Positions 9,175-18,701 of a stretch of DNA of 64,000 bases are shown here, piece by piece. This stretch comes from a virus. A program made the translations under genes and the position numbers. Every line of letters begins with the position of its first letter. Within the stretch, counting starts at the first letter, position 1. Location: the IMG/VR virus record IMGVR_UViG_3300037262_000003, positions 32,001 to 96,000 of that record. One strand, given 5' to 3'. Below the pieces are notes generated by a model. The model had not been told where the DNA came from. It searched no databases and worked only from the letters and a program-made list of their open reading frames with translations.

Positions 9175-10089
9175 ATGACTGAGAACGAGGTGCAAGAGGC
9201 ACCGATGACGACGTACGCCCTGTGGGGCACGGGGGACATCACGGCTGAGAACGCCAAGGCCCTGCTGGAGGAGTACATCCCCGACAATGTGGGCACAGTC
9301 TTCAGGCCCGATCGTATCACGAGGGATCACAAGGGGCTCAGGACTGCCCTGGACTGGTTCGAGAGCCCGGACTTCCTGGGTGACGGCGGGGCTCTGCCCA
9401 GCACGGACCTGATTCAGTCGCTAGTGGATGAGCGCGACGGCGAGTTCCACGATGAGGTCTATCTCTTGGCGCTGTGGCCCAGCGAGCCCTCCCATGAGGA
9501 CTTCGACTTCATCGAGAGCGTGCAGCAGGCTGGCATCACAGTGATCGCCCTGTCACATGCGTTCGTTGAGCTGGACCTGAGCTTGTACAGCAGGCCCGAG
9601 GCGACCAAGGAAGAGAAGGCTGAGGCCAGGGCTGCCGCCATCGCAGAGAAGAAGCCGAGGGGTCGCCCGAGGAAGCTTTCTGACGCTGCCCCTGAGACCA
9701 AGGAGTTCATCAGCCCGAGTGTGACCGAGGCAGCTTCTACTCTGGTCACGGCTACAGATCCACTAGTCTGCGACGGAACGCTGCTGCCCGAGGTTCAGGT
9801 CAACGATGACCTTACCGCACAGATGTTCGCTGGCATCAAGAGGTACATCGATATGAACATCGAGGCCGGTATCAAGGCTGCCATGCAGTCGCTGGGGGAG
9901 GCTGTCCGTCCTGTTCTGCATCACGACGAGCACCCTCCGTTCGAGCCTCCGTACGTTGGCATCGACACCAAGCCTTACTTCTTCAACAAGACCACGAACG
10001 TGTACCGCGAGGGCACAGGCAAGCCGCGACGTGGTGAGCTTCTGGTTAACATGACTGACGAAGAAGCTCAGGAGAAGGGCGCGCTGTGA
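9175..10089 (+). CDS. Hypothetical protein with AT-hook motif
   Basis: KKPRGRPRK; SD AAGGAGG before ATG 9175. Confidence 0.75.
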   Translation: MTENEVQEAPMTTYALWGTGDITAENAKALLEEYIPDNVGTVFRPDRITRDHKGLRTALDWFESPDFLGDGGALPSTDLIQSLVDERDGEFHDEVYLLALWPSEPSHEDFDFIESVQQAGITVIALSHAFVELDLSLYSRPEATKEEKAEARAAAIAEKKPRGRPRKLSDAAPETKEFISPSVTEAASTLVTATDPLVCDGTLLPEVQVNDDLTAQMFAGIKRYIDMNIEAGIKAAMQSLGEAVRPVLHHDEHPPFEPPYVGIDTKPYFFNKTTNVYREGTGKPRRGELLVNMTDEEAQEKGAL

Positions 10090-10283
10090 TCAAGGCAGAA
10101 TACCTGCGCGGAGTGCTGAACGGGCTGCATGACGCAGGGATGGACCTGGAAATTCTTGACCTGCAAGTCGTATCGAACGGCAAGTACATAGACAAGGGAG
10201 ATCCTGTTGATGTGACAGGAATGGTCCAGGTCTCAGTAAACGAGGATGGTCTCGGAGGTTCGCTGGCCATCGGTATAGAGTAA
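10086..10283 (+). CDS. Small hypothetical protein
   Basis: GTGA overlap with upstream gene. Confidence 0.65.
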   Translation: MIKAEYLRGVLNGLHDAGMDLEILDLQVVSNGKYIDKGDPVDVTGMVQVSVNEDGLGGSLAIGIE

Positions 10284-10287
10284 TGAA

Positions 10288-10324
10288 AGAGGCCCCCAGG
10301 GAATAGTCTCAACCTGGGGCCTCT
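10288..10324 (+). terminator. Hairpin after 10086..10283, with TAGTCT in the loop
   Basis: AGAGGCCCCCAGG...CCTGGGGCCTCT. Confidence 0.55.
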
Positions 10325-10419
10325 AGTGCTCTTGCCGGAAGGAGGGGGTCCAGCTTGAGCGGCGAGTGGAGGGTCCTCGCACTTTTGAGTATACATGATG
10401 GATTGGAAAAGTAATAACA

Positions 10420-10869
10420 ATGCAAAAGGGTAACCTATCTAATCAGGTTCAGGCGAGAGCGCTCTTGGTGTTTGAAGGCGCACTCGGTCACATCTCAGGT
10501 GAAGACGTTAAGGAATTCAACGCACTGGGATCAGCCGGTCAGTGGTACGAGGCATGGTCCCTCTGGACTATCAACGAAGACATGGCAGGAAAGATCTGGC
10601 AGGTCGTCAAGAACCAGTTCGTTCAAATCTCACTGGTCTCATTCGTAGCACCCGAGGATGGTGACGCCAGCTATGGGCTACAGCAGATCATGGACGAGCA
10701 CCACCTACCAATAGCAGAGGTATTTTCTTGGAGCCCTAAGCGTCTAGCCCGAGAGCTTGCGTACATGCCTGACGTGGCCTGCGTCTACGATGCCAACCCT
10801 GAGACATGGGCTATGTTCGGGCGCAAGGGTCAGGCCCTCCAGAACATCAACGACTTCTGTAGGTTCTGA
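10420..10869 (+). CDS. Hypothetical protein, possibly HAD-like fold
   Basis: ORF track; LLVFEG strand pattern. Confidence 0.65.
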   Translation: MQKGNLSNQVQARALLVFEGALGHISGEDVKEFNALGSAGQWYEAWSLWTINEDMAGKIWQVVKNQFVQISLVSFVAPEDGDASYGLQQIMDEHHLPIAEVFSWSPKRLARELAYMPDVACVYDANPETWAMFGRKGQALQNINDFCRF

Positions 10870-10883
10870 CGCCAGGAATTAGA

Positions 10884-11261
10884 TCAGAGTTCGGGGACGA
10901 ACTTCTCCACTGTTCCTTCGGAATCTGGCAGTGGGTACCCGCGAGTCAGGAAGTCAGTTACCTCGACCTTAGCCTTGGGCTTGAGCTTGACGAGGTTGTC
11001 ACGTATCTTCTCAACAGGTACGCGCACTGGCTCATGCCCCTGGAGTCTTACGCCGGTCCAGCCATAGATCAATCCCATCGGGATAGTCATGGCGAGGGAC
11101 AGAACAATGATGTGCGGTAGCACCAGCGCGGTAAGAGCAGCCGAGAACATGACCAGAGGGTTCAGCTTCTTGTCGATGCTGAATGGCAGCAGGTTAACGA
11201 CCAGCGCGGAGCCCGCTACTGCTGCAAATATTGCGAGTATGATCCAAATGAATTCCATCAT
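10884..11261 (-). CDS. Membrane protein, probably leaderless
   Basis: Three hydrophobic segments; TACAAT 6 nt before ATG. Confidence 0.7.
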   Translation of the reverse strand: MMEFIWIILAIFAAVAGSALVVNLLPFSIDKKLNPLVMFSAALTALVLPHIIVLSLAMTIPMGLIYGWTGVRLQGHEPVRVPVEKIRDNLVKLKPKAKVEVTDFLTRGYPLPDSEGTVEKFVPEL

Positions 11262-11273
11262 ACTCGCATTGTA

Positions 11274-13064
11274 CTATGAGAACTGCGTGACGGGGCTGTT
11301 GTAGACCGGGGCGTAGGCGTGCAGCCCGAGCGCCAGATGATCTGACAGCACCGACTGGACGGCAGCGTAGGCGATGTTGCCACGGATGTAGTAGTAAGAG
11401 CGCGAGTCGTTTACCGTGCCTTCCCAGTTCCATCCGTCGAATGACCCGTCACCATAGGGAATGAGCCCGCCAGGGTTTAGCATGACGGCATCCAGATACC
11501 AGTCCATGGTCGTGCTAGTCGGAGCTGTGAGTGAGTTCTCAGTCCAGAAACCTATGATCACATTGGTTGTTGGTGCGATGAACTGCAATGTGATCTGGGT
11601 CCAGCCCGTTGACACAATGGCTATGGTCGCAGAGGCAGCAGATGCCAGTGAGACTGTCGGGTTGACTGCCATCGTCAGGAAGCGAGGGTTAGACCCGTCA
11701 GTGTGCAGCGCGTAGGCTGACACCGTGTATTCCTCGCCCACAATAAGGTCGGGGACCGCTATGTAGTTGCCGACCTGAGTGCCAGTGCCTGTGCTGAACA
11801 AGGAGGCAGAGCCTAGGAAGTGCTGCGATGTCTGTCGTGAGATCGTAGTCGTAGGAGCAGCCACCCATCCCGCAGCGTCAGTCTCGAAATTAGGGTTGGT
11901 GATGTAGTTCATCTGTGATGGTGCCAGGGTGGCGGTCAGTGCCCGAGGGCGAACGTACGCACTGGGAACTACGTTTGCGCCTGTTCCGGGGACAAGCTCG
12001 GCCTGTACGTGAGTGATGTTCTGGGCACCTGATGCCGCAATAGATGCGAACTCATATCCCACTGCGAAGTAAGCCGCCTTGTTCCACGTCTTTGTGTCCG
12101 AGCTGTTGAGCAGCGAGTGCGGGGCAGAGAAGGTAGCGAACGGCCGAGTGTAACCGGCCGATCCTGATGTGTTTACTCCGGAGGCAATGCCAGCGTTGTT
12201 GTACCCGATCAGAGCCATGGCAGGGTCTACGTCTGCCGGTGTGAATGTCGAGAAGTCATCCAGACCTGCGAACATAAGCAGAACTGTCAGACCAGTCGGT
12301 ACCACCGTTCCGCCACCGGATAGGACTACTCCGTCAAGGCCGGTGAATGCATCCCCGGACAAGTCAATGTCGCCAGTGACAGTGATCGGGCCAGAGGCAG
12401 GATCAGAGTTGACCAGGAAGAAGATCGCAGCCTGGTTGAGCAGCGAGGCAAAGCCCGAGAACTGAATGTCACCTGATGCCGCTATCTGATTCTGGTAGAG
12501 CTTGTAACTCGCGCTCTCTTCGGCAGTGCCTACCCAGAATCCAAAGAGCTGATCACCATCGATGTACGGAGTCGGGAGGTTGCCTCCATTGAGAGTGAGG
12601 CTGGGCTCGTACTGAACGCCGTCGATAAGGAACGAGCACATCTGAATGCCGACAGTCTCGACATAGACCGCAATGCTATCGCCGTTAACCAGTGACAGCC
12701 CGTTGAGAATTACCCGCGTCCATCCCATCGTCGGGTCAAACGACACCGTGGTAGACGCCAGAGTAATAGCGCTAGTGGTGTCAATGGCGTAGACGTTCAG
12801 CGTACCAGACTGGTCGATGTCAGAGCCCTGTAGGTAGAAGCTCACACACCCTGTTGCAGACGCCAGAACGGTCCCTGGAGGCAGGATCACGCCCTCGTTA
12901 GGGTTCTGGCCCGGAGCGGTGACTTGTAGGCTCTGCGTGCCGTACAGGCCCGTTCCCATGTTGAGTACAGGGACTACCCCGTTGACTCCAGTGACACCTG
13001 TAAGATCCTGCTCGAAGCTTGGGTTAGAGCAGAAGTTGTAGGTGTATACGCTTGGCCACGCCAT
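11274..13064 (-). CDS. Tail/baseplate protein with two CBM4/9-like carbohydrate-binding domains
   Basis: Repeated NPSFE/NPNFE ... YxDG..W.G....S.S modules; position after baseplate genes. Confidence 0.75.
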   Translation of the reverse strand: MAWPSVYTYNFCSNPSFEQDLTGVTGVNGVVPVLNMGTGLYGTQSLQVTAPGQNPNEGVILPPGTVLASATGCVSFYLQGSDIDQSGTLNVYAIDTTSAITLASTTVSFDPTMGWTRVILNGLSLVNGDSIAVYVETVGIQMCSFLIDGVQYEPSLTLNGGNLPTPYIDGDQLFGFWVGTAEESASYKLYQNQIAASGDIQFSGFASLLNQAAIFFLVNSDPASGPITVTGDIDLSGDAFTGLDGVVLSGGGTVVPTGLTVLLMFAGLDDFSTFTPADVDPAMALIGYNNAGIASGVNTSGSAGYTRPFATFSAPHSLLNSSDTKTWNKAAYFAVGYEFASIAASGAQNITHVQAELVPGTGANVVPSAYVRPRALTATLAPSQMNYITNPNFETDAAGWVAAPTTTISRQTSQHFLGSASLFSTGTGTQVGNYIAVPDLIVGEEYTVSAYALHTDGSNPRFLTMAVNPTVSLASAASATIAIVSTGWTQITLQFIAPTTNVIIGFWTENSLTAPTSTTMDWYLDAVMLNPGGLIPYGDGSFDGWNWEGTVNDSRSYYYIRGNIAYAAVQSVLSDHLALGLHAYAPVYNSPVTQFS

Positions 13065-13072
13065 GACTACTC

Positions 13073-16000
13073 CTATGTTGCGATGCTGGCGATGCCCGCA
13101 TTCGATGTGGTAGCCGATGTGCTGGGCAAGTAGGGTGTCGTGAGACTTGACATGGCAGTGTGAGTAGCCGTGCCCCCGGAGCCTATCACTACTAGTGTAT
13201 TGGCTGAGGTACGGCTGTTCTTGTAGACGAGCACGGACGGTCCAACGAGAGTTCCCGTAGGGATCGTCGTAGTGCTCGTCGTGTTGTTGAATTCGGCGTA
13301 GATCCTGTCACCCGTTGCAGGTGCCGTACCAGTGTACGCCACGACACGTGTAGTGGCCGACTCGACGTAGTAGAGCGCACTTAGTCCGGCCATCCAGAAA
13401 TTGCTCGTGTTCTCATACCAGAAAAGCGCCCCGCAGTCGTCGCCAGCCTGGGCTGGGTTAGACACGGTGACTGCGCTTGTGCCCTGCGCAGCGCTCGCCA
13501 CCACCCCGATAGCGTCAGCATCAGATGTTCCAGCATAAGCAACTCCATTCGTAGAAACTGTCCAAGTCCCAGCGGGGACACTCCATACTGCTGTTGGAAT
13601 GGCAGGCAGACGCCCGGCTAGAGGATAGCCCGCGCCTGTATCGAATCCGTCGAACTGGTAGTTGGTAGGGTAACCGCCCGACGTTGAGCTAGTACGTGCG
13701 AACACGCGGGTTATTATGCTGCCCCATGAGTCGTAGAACTCAGCGAACGGGGTCACCGTTGTTGACACTGTTGGGGTGAATCCCAGATCAGAGATGGCAT
13801 AGCCTGACATGGTGACAGGCAGACGATGATCTGCTCCAAGCGGAGCCCACTCAGGAGTTGCCACGCAGGTCAGCTCCACAAGATCCCAGTAGGTAGTCAC
13901 ACCTGACGCTGCATTAGTCGGGTTGATGTACACAGTTCCTGCGTTGTTGGGAACTGTGAACACATTTGAGATGGCAGTCCAGGTGCTTGTGGCCAGGACC
14001 ACGGCAGTCGGGAACGCCCCAGACAAGTACGTGCCGAACGGGTCGTTCCAGTTAGCGTGGAGCGACACCGATGGTGTTCCAGTGGATGCGAAAGCCAGCG
14101 CGGTAGCGACGTACGTCGCACCAGGGATGGCCGGTACATTCTCGGGGAAGGCATATCCGTTTACCGCAGTCGATACCAGCGACATAGAGTGCGTGCCATG
14201 GTATGCAAAGGAGGCAGACTGTGTGACCGTGGCATTGTTGCCCTGCCAAGGGGTGATGCCCGTCTCGAAGTCGTAGTTCTGGTTGAGTACAACCTGCTGT
14301 CCCGGTGGCGTGGCTCCTGTGCTCTGACGCAGGGCGATGAAGTTGGTGTTCCCGAATGACACAACCTGGTTGGTCTGGTAAGTCGTGGTGCTATTCCAGG
14401 GCTGAATCCCAGACGGCACTGGCACACCGTGCTCGATTACTAGCTGAGGGTCAGGATACAACGCGGTAGCGGTAACACCTGCGGTTGACCTAGCAACAGA
14501 CCTTAGCAGGGCGTTGGTTATAGTGCTGCCAGTGTTGTTGTTGACGCGGAACGTGTTGCCGTAGCCATTAGGCCCGGTGACCGGTGTGGTTCCTGACTCT
14601 GCCCATGCCTGAGGAGTCGGGAAACCGACTCCCATTGCAGAAGCGTAGGCTGCACCGGATGCGTTAGTGAACTCCCACGTGCCCGAATTCGATGCCAGAC
14701 CGGAGATGCTGATAGGAACGTTGTACTCGGCACCGTTCTTATCGCCGCCGTAGACGGCGGTCCAGTAAGTCGTCGCGCTCAGAGAACCCGAAGGCTGCTC
14801 GTTCTCATTAGCCAGAATGCAGACGTAAAGGTACGGCCCGTTGACACTCTGGGACCAGTTGGCTGTAGTCGTCGGGAGGACCTGCGTCGTGTTGGCTACC
14901 GTGCAGGTGTAGAACAGGTCGTTGTACATCACGACAGATCCTACGTTATAAGTACTTACAACACTCCATGACTGCGCTACAGGGAAGGTCACCAGATTGC
15001 CTGCGACATAAGACATGTTGGCAGACCAGGGAGCGGTCCTAGGATCATCGGGTTCGCTCTGGTCATCATCGAGCATGAAGTTGCGAGTCGTCTGAATGTC
15101 AGCCTGGTAGCCCGTCAGCAGTGTGATGTGCTCTGCGATGCCCGCAAGTGTGCCGCGCTCCTGCATGACACGGCCCCAGAACAGGGCAGCCTTACGTGTG
15201 GTGTAAGCCGGAAGCTCTGGGTTATACGGCAGGCCGATCTCAGCGCAAAGATTCTCAAGATCCCCGAGGCTCATGGTCATGGGGTTGTTGAGGGAGTTGA
15301 ACTTCTGATCGTACTGCGACTTAACAAGGTCAAGCCCCATGCCCACTACTGCCAGGAACTGAGGCAGGGCTTGGTTGTCAGGCTGTTCAGCCCTGTTGAC
15401 CCACTGCCATTCGGGCGCACTTGAGTAGGAGATAGTCACACTGCCGTTAGCGGGAAGCGTGAAGAACGACTGCATACCAAGCGGAATGTTGTTAACCAGG
15501 ACATTGCAGGCGAAAGATAGCCATACGTCAACGTCGTAGCTGTAAGGGTTTGAGACATTTCCGCCAGACGATGGCATAGTGGGCGCGGGTACGGGAATGT
15601 CTGTGACAACCGTGTCTATGGTCTGGCTCTGGAAGAACGCAGGCAGATCCTGCATGAGCTTGATGTCATAACCGTAGTAGTAAGGCATGAGACCGGCGGT
15701 GAAGCCACCGCGAAGCCATACCCCGGCGGACAGTACGTAGATCCCGTAGTACTGGACCGTTCCAGGGCTGGGAGAGGTGTCAACGTACGAGTAAGGGTAC
15801 GACGGAGGCGCACCTGTGACATCTAGGACAATGGTTCCGTCATTCTCGTCAACCGGGAATCCCCAGGTGTTGGAGATCAGACGGAACTCAGTCACAGTTG
15901 CGTTAGTGCCCGGCCCGAGAGGACCCCAGGTCACAAGAATGTTGCCGTAGTCCTGAACGGTAGCAGCCATACCCGGAAAGATATAGGCCGTGTTGACTAC

Positions 16001-16093
16001 CGGGATGGTGATCTGTGAGCCAGGGTAGTTCCCGGTGGGCGGAGTCGGCCCGTAAGTAGACAGACCGTAGTCGTCATAGCCATAAGTCGCCAC
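13073..16093 (-). CDS. Baseplate wedge/tail protein (P2 gpI-like) with CBM5/12-like and CBM4/9-like modules
   Basis: ERGTLAGI..LTGY; repeated W...Y..G.VV.Y; NYDFETGITPW. Confidence 0.75.
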   Translation of the reverse strand: MATYGYDDYGLSTYGPTPPTGNYPGSQITIPVVNTAYIFPGMAATVQDYGNILVTWGPLGPGTNATVTEFRLISNTWGFPVDENDGTIVLDVTGAPPSYPYSYVDTSPSPGTVQYYGIYVLSAGVWLRGGFTAGLMPYYYGYDIKLMQDLPAFFQSQTIDTVVTDIPVPAPTMPSSGGNVSNPYSYDVDVWLSFACNVLVNNIPLGMQSFFTLPANGSVTISYSSAPEWQWVNRAEQPDNQALPQFLAVVGMGLDLVKSQYDQKFNSLNNPMTMSLGDLENLCAEIGLPYNPELPAYTTRKAALFWGRVMQERGTLAGIAEHITLLTGYQADIQTTRNFMLDDDQSEPDDPRTAPWSANMSYVAGNLVTFPVAQSWSVVSTYNVGSVVMYNDLFYTCTVANTTQVLPTTTANWSQSVNGPYLYVCILANENEQPSGSLSATTYWTAVYGGDKNGAEYNVPISISGLASNSGTWEFTNASGAAYASAMGVGFPTPQAWAESGTTPVTGPNGYGNTFRVNNNTGSTITNALLRSVARSTAGVTATALYPDPQLVIEHGVPVPSGIQPWNSTTTYQTNQVVSFGNTNFIALRQSTGATPPGQQVVLNQNYDFETGITPWQGNNATVTQSASFAYHGTHSMSLVSTAVNGYAFPENVPAIPGATYVATALAFASTGTPSVSLHANWNDPFGTYLSGAFPTAVVLATSTWTAISNVFTVPNNAGTVYINPTNAASGVTTYWDLVELTCVATPEWAPLGADHRLPVTMSGYAISDLGFTPTVSTTVTPFAEFYDSWGSIITRVFARTSSTSGGYPTNYQFDGFDTGAGYPLAGRLPAIPTAVWSVPAGTWTVSTNGVAYAGTSDADAIGVVASAAQGTSAVTVSNPAQAGDDCGALFWYENTSNFWMAGLSALYYVESATTRVVAYTGTAPATGDRIYAEFNNTTSTTTIPTGTLVGPSVLVYKNSRTSANTLVVIGSGGTATHTAMSSLTTPYLPSTSATTSNAGIASIAT

Positions 16094-16103
16094 GGATTCC
16101 CCC

Positions 16104-16778
16104 TTACGACTTTAGGAAGTACGCTGATAGATTCATACTCTGGACTGCCAGAGGGTTGACGTTAGTGAAGTTGCCCGACGATACCCCTATGACCGTGCCC
16201 GGACCTACCCAGCCTACGTACGTGGCTTCATTGTGCCCGTCAAGGTTAAGGAACCTCTCACCATAGGCGTTCGATCCAGAGCCAGGGAACTGACTGTAGC
16301 TAAAGATATCACGGCGCAGCACAGCGCCATTGGACATTAGCTGCATCATGACCCAGCCCGAGCCAGCGTAGGCCCAGCGCTGGAATGCGTGGAGAATCCA
16401 CACACCACCGTCCACGATAGTAATGGTCCCACTGCCGTTAAGGTAGTTTCCCCAGCCTGTCGTGGTAGTTCCGAAGGGGTTAGCCACGGCGTGGAAGGTG
16501 CTCACGTCTGTGCTGTGCGCCACATTCCAGTTGGTGTTCCTTGAGATCTCAACAAAAGGATGTCCAGTCTGAGCCTGAGCTGCCGCAAGACGAGCAGACA
16601 TAGAACTGAATGTCTTGGTCGCACCGTTGACTGCGAAGGACTCGATCTGAGGGTTAGGACCGATGTAGGTCTCAAGGGCGGCGATCTCAGCAGCCAGAGC
16701 GTTAGGGTCGGCAGCCCACACAGTCTCGCCATCGATCCTCTGCGTCCAGTTGACTACTGACGTAGGATATGAAGCCAT
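16104..16778 (-). CDS. Minor tail protein
   Basis: MASYPTSV...NAL.AEI.ALE N-terminus typical of actinophage tail proteins. Confidence 0.7.
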   Translation of the reverse strand: MASYPTSVVNWTQRIDGETVWAADPNALAAEIAALETYIGPNPQIESFAVNGATKTFSSMSARLAAAQAQTGHPFVEISRNTNWNVAHSTDVSTFHAVANPFGTTTTGWGNYLNGSGTITIVDGGVWILHAFQRWAYAGSGWVMMQLMSNGAVLRRDIFSYSQFPGSGSNAYGERFLNLDGHNEATYVGWVGPGTVIGVSSGNFTNVNPLAVQSMNLSAYFLKS

Positions 16779-18283
16779 TAGATACCGCCGCTCACACTCA
16801 AAGTAAAGTTGCCGGGCACTGGGATCTCGAATGCACGGAGCTGAATCGGGTTGGTGTTCGTCTGGGGTGCGTCTTCACGCGAGATGATAGTCACCACTGC
16901 GTATGCCACGCCCGCCACTCCTAGTATTGTCCCGTAGATTCCGCCGACAGTGAGAAGCTGCCCGAACGTGGTGTTGGGGTTGCTCAGCATGGTGTTCAGG
17001 GATGACTCCACGGATGCCAGCACGCCCGAGTTGCTGTAGCTAGGAAGAACCTGAATGCTGGCGGTGACATCTACTGCCACAAGAGTAGGGGCGGCGGCAC
17101 TGACAGTCACGCCAGCCAGGGTCTTGCCCACGAAGGCAGCCAGTACGGAAGCCTGCTGTGTCGAGCTTGCAGGCTGGTTGTTGTTGCCCATGAGGTACAA
17201 CGTCACGCTAGTGCTGTGCAGAGCTACCGCTGCCACCGTCGTGATGCCAGGGACGTTCTCAGCGATGGACTCGAAGTCGTCAAGAGAGACTGCTCTCTGT
17301 ATCGTAGTGAACGCAGCAGGTGCATTGGCGCGGATCTGATCGTTGGTCTCGGGGTCAGTTCCGCCTGTCATGGCGGTCGATACGTAGGCGTTGGAGATGA
17401 GCTGCGTGGCAACGCCCGTGATTGGGGTCAGGAAGGTACCAACGCTGCCCGCTGAGACGTTCCCAGCACTTCCCTGACCAACTCTGTAGGTAGCGGTGAT
17501 AGTCCCCCCAGAGACCGGTATAGCCCCGTTAACGTTGTCCCCGAACTGGACCCATGTCAGGCCGGTCGAGTCAAGGTACGTAGTGTAAACCAGATCACCA
17601 GGACCGAAGTCCCCTAGGAACTGCACGTAGCTCCACTGTACCGCTGTGCCACCTACGGCGGTGACCTGAACAGAGACAGTGCCGTCGATGATGCCAGTCT
17701 GAGGCAGGCTGAATGCCTGCGCGGCAGTGCCAGCAGACGTGCCTACAGTGTAGTTCGATATTGTCTCACCCTGCGTTACTGTGAGCGTGAGTGTTCCGCC
17801 GTTGGCTGGTACCAGGTAAGAAGCCTGGCCCGGATCGATCTCGTAGACCACAGTCGTGTCGGTGATGGCGTTGAAGCCAGTCATGAGCTGGGTCAGCGGA
17901 GGCACAGTAGTAGCAGGTGAGCCCGCGAAGGTCTGTAGGGTCACGCTTCCGATAGCAGGAGTGCCATTGGATACCGTGTATCCCAATAGCGCTGCGATGT
18001 TTAGCAGACTCTGGCGCTGTGTGGCAGTCGGAAGGTATGCCTCCTGGCTGATCCTATCGCCATAGTAGGACAGGATATCACCCTCGTAGGCGAATGCCTC
18101 GATGATGGCCAGGCCGATGTCACCCTCAGAGGTTCCAATGTCCCAGCCCGGCATTGCTGTCGCGACGTAGGTCTGCAATGATGACATGAATCCCAGGAAG
18201 TCCTTGGACGTATAGTCCACGGACGCAGGGATGGTAAGCCCTGTGATGACCGGGGGAGTCGCGAAAGGATTAGTTGTTACCAT
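16778..18283 (-). CDS. Baseplate J-like wedge protein
   Basis: DYTSKDF, YYGDRISQEAYLPTA, FGDNVNG, YRVGQG..GNV, GGTDPET, RAVSLDDF. Confidence 0.92.
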   Translation of the reverse strand: MVTTNPFATPPVITGLTIPASVDYTSKDFLGFMSSLQTYVATAMPGWDIGTSEGDIGLAIIEAFAYEGDILSYYGDRISQEAYLPTATQRQSLLNIAALLGYTVSNGTPAIGSVTLQTFAGSPATTVPPLTQLMTGFNAITDTTVVYEIDPGQASYLVPANGGTLTLTVTQGETISNYTVGTSAGTAAQAFSLPQTGIIDGTVSVQVTAVGGTAVQWSYVQFLGDFGPGDLVYTTYLDSTGLTWVQFGDNVNGAIPVSGGTITATYRVGQGSAGNVSAGSVGTFLTPITGVATQLISNAYVSTAMTGGTDPETNDQIRANAPAAFTTIQRAVSLDDFESIAENVPGITTVAAVALHSTSVTLYLMGNNNQPASSTQQASVLAAFVGKTLAGVTVSAAAPTLVAVDVTASIQVLPSYSNSGVLASVESSLNTMLSNPNTTFGQLLTVGGIYGTILGVAGVAYAVVTIISREDAPQTNTNPIQLRAFEIPVPGNFTLSVSGGI

Positions 18284-18686
18284 TGGTGATTGTTCCCCCA
18301 ACGCTCATGGTGGCCTGCTGGTAGATCGGAGTCGTCGCAGTGCCCACTACGTTGACGTTGCTTGAAGAGTACTGAACGTTGACAGCGGCCAGCCCGGACT
18401 GTGCGTCAGTTGACTGTGCAGGAGTGACATTCTCGATGTCAATGTTGGGTTCCCACTGAGAGAAGGCATCGATAACGTCATTCTGTACAACATTTAGCAG
18501 GATAGGGTCGTTGTTTCCAAACACTAGGCCCGCGAGGTTCAGTCCGTAGCTAGCTAGCATGACCCTCTCACCGATGACGGTGGAGATCAGACTCTGGACA
18601 TGCTGATCAGTGACGGCAGCAGTATCGCTGACCGTCGCAATGATACCGTTCGGGCCGAGCTGGAACGGAAGCAAAATCTCTGTCAT
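18270..18686 (-). CDS. GPW/gp25-family baseplate protein
   Basis: T..GERVM..YG; QWEP.I. Confidence 0.85.
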   Translation of the reverse strand: MTEILLPFQLGPNGIIATVSDTAAVTDQHVQSLISTVIGERVMLASYGLNLAGLVFGNNDPILLNVVQNDVIDAFSQWEPNIDIENVTPAQSTDAQSGLAAVNVQYSSSNVNVVGTATTPIYQQATMSVGGTITNGNN

Positions 18687-18701
18687 ATCATAAGAATACC
18701 G

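Noticed and set aside
10326-10382. Possible riboswitch-like alternative pairing upstream of 10420
   Set aside because: Only short GC helices; no recognisable family motif
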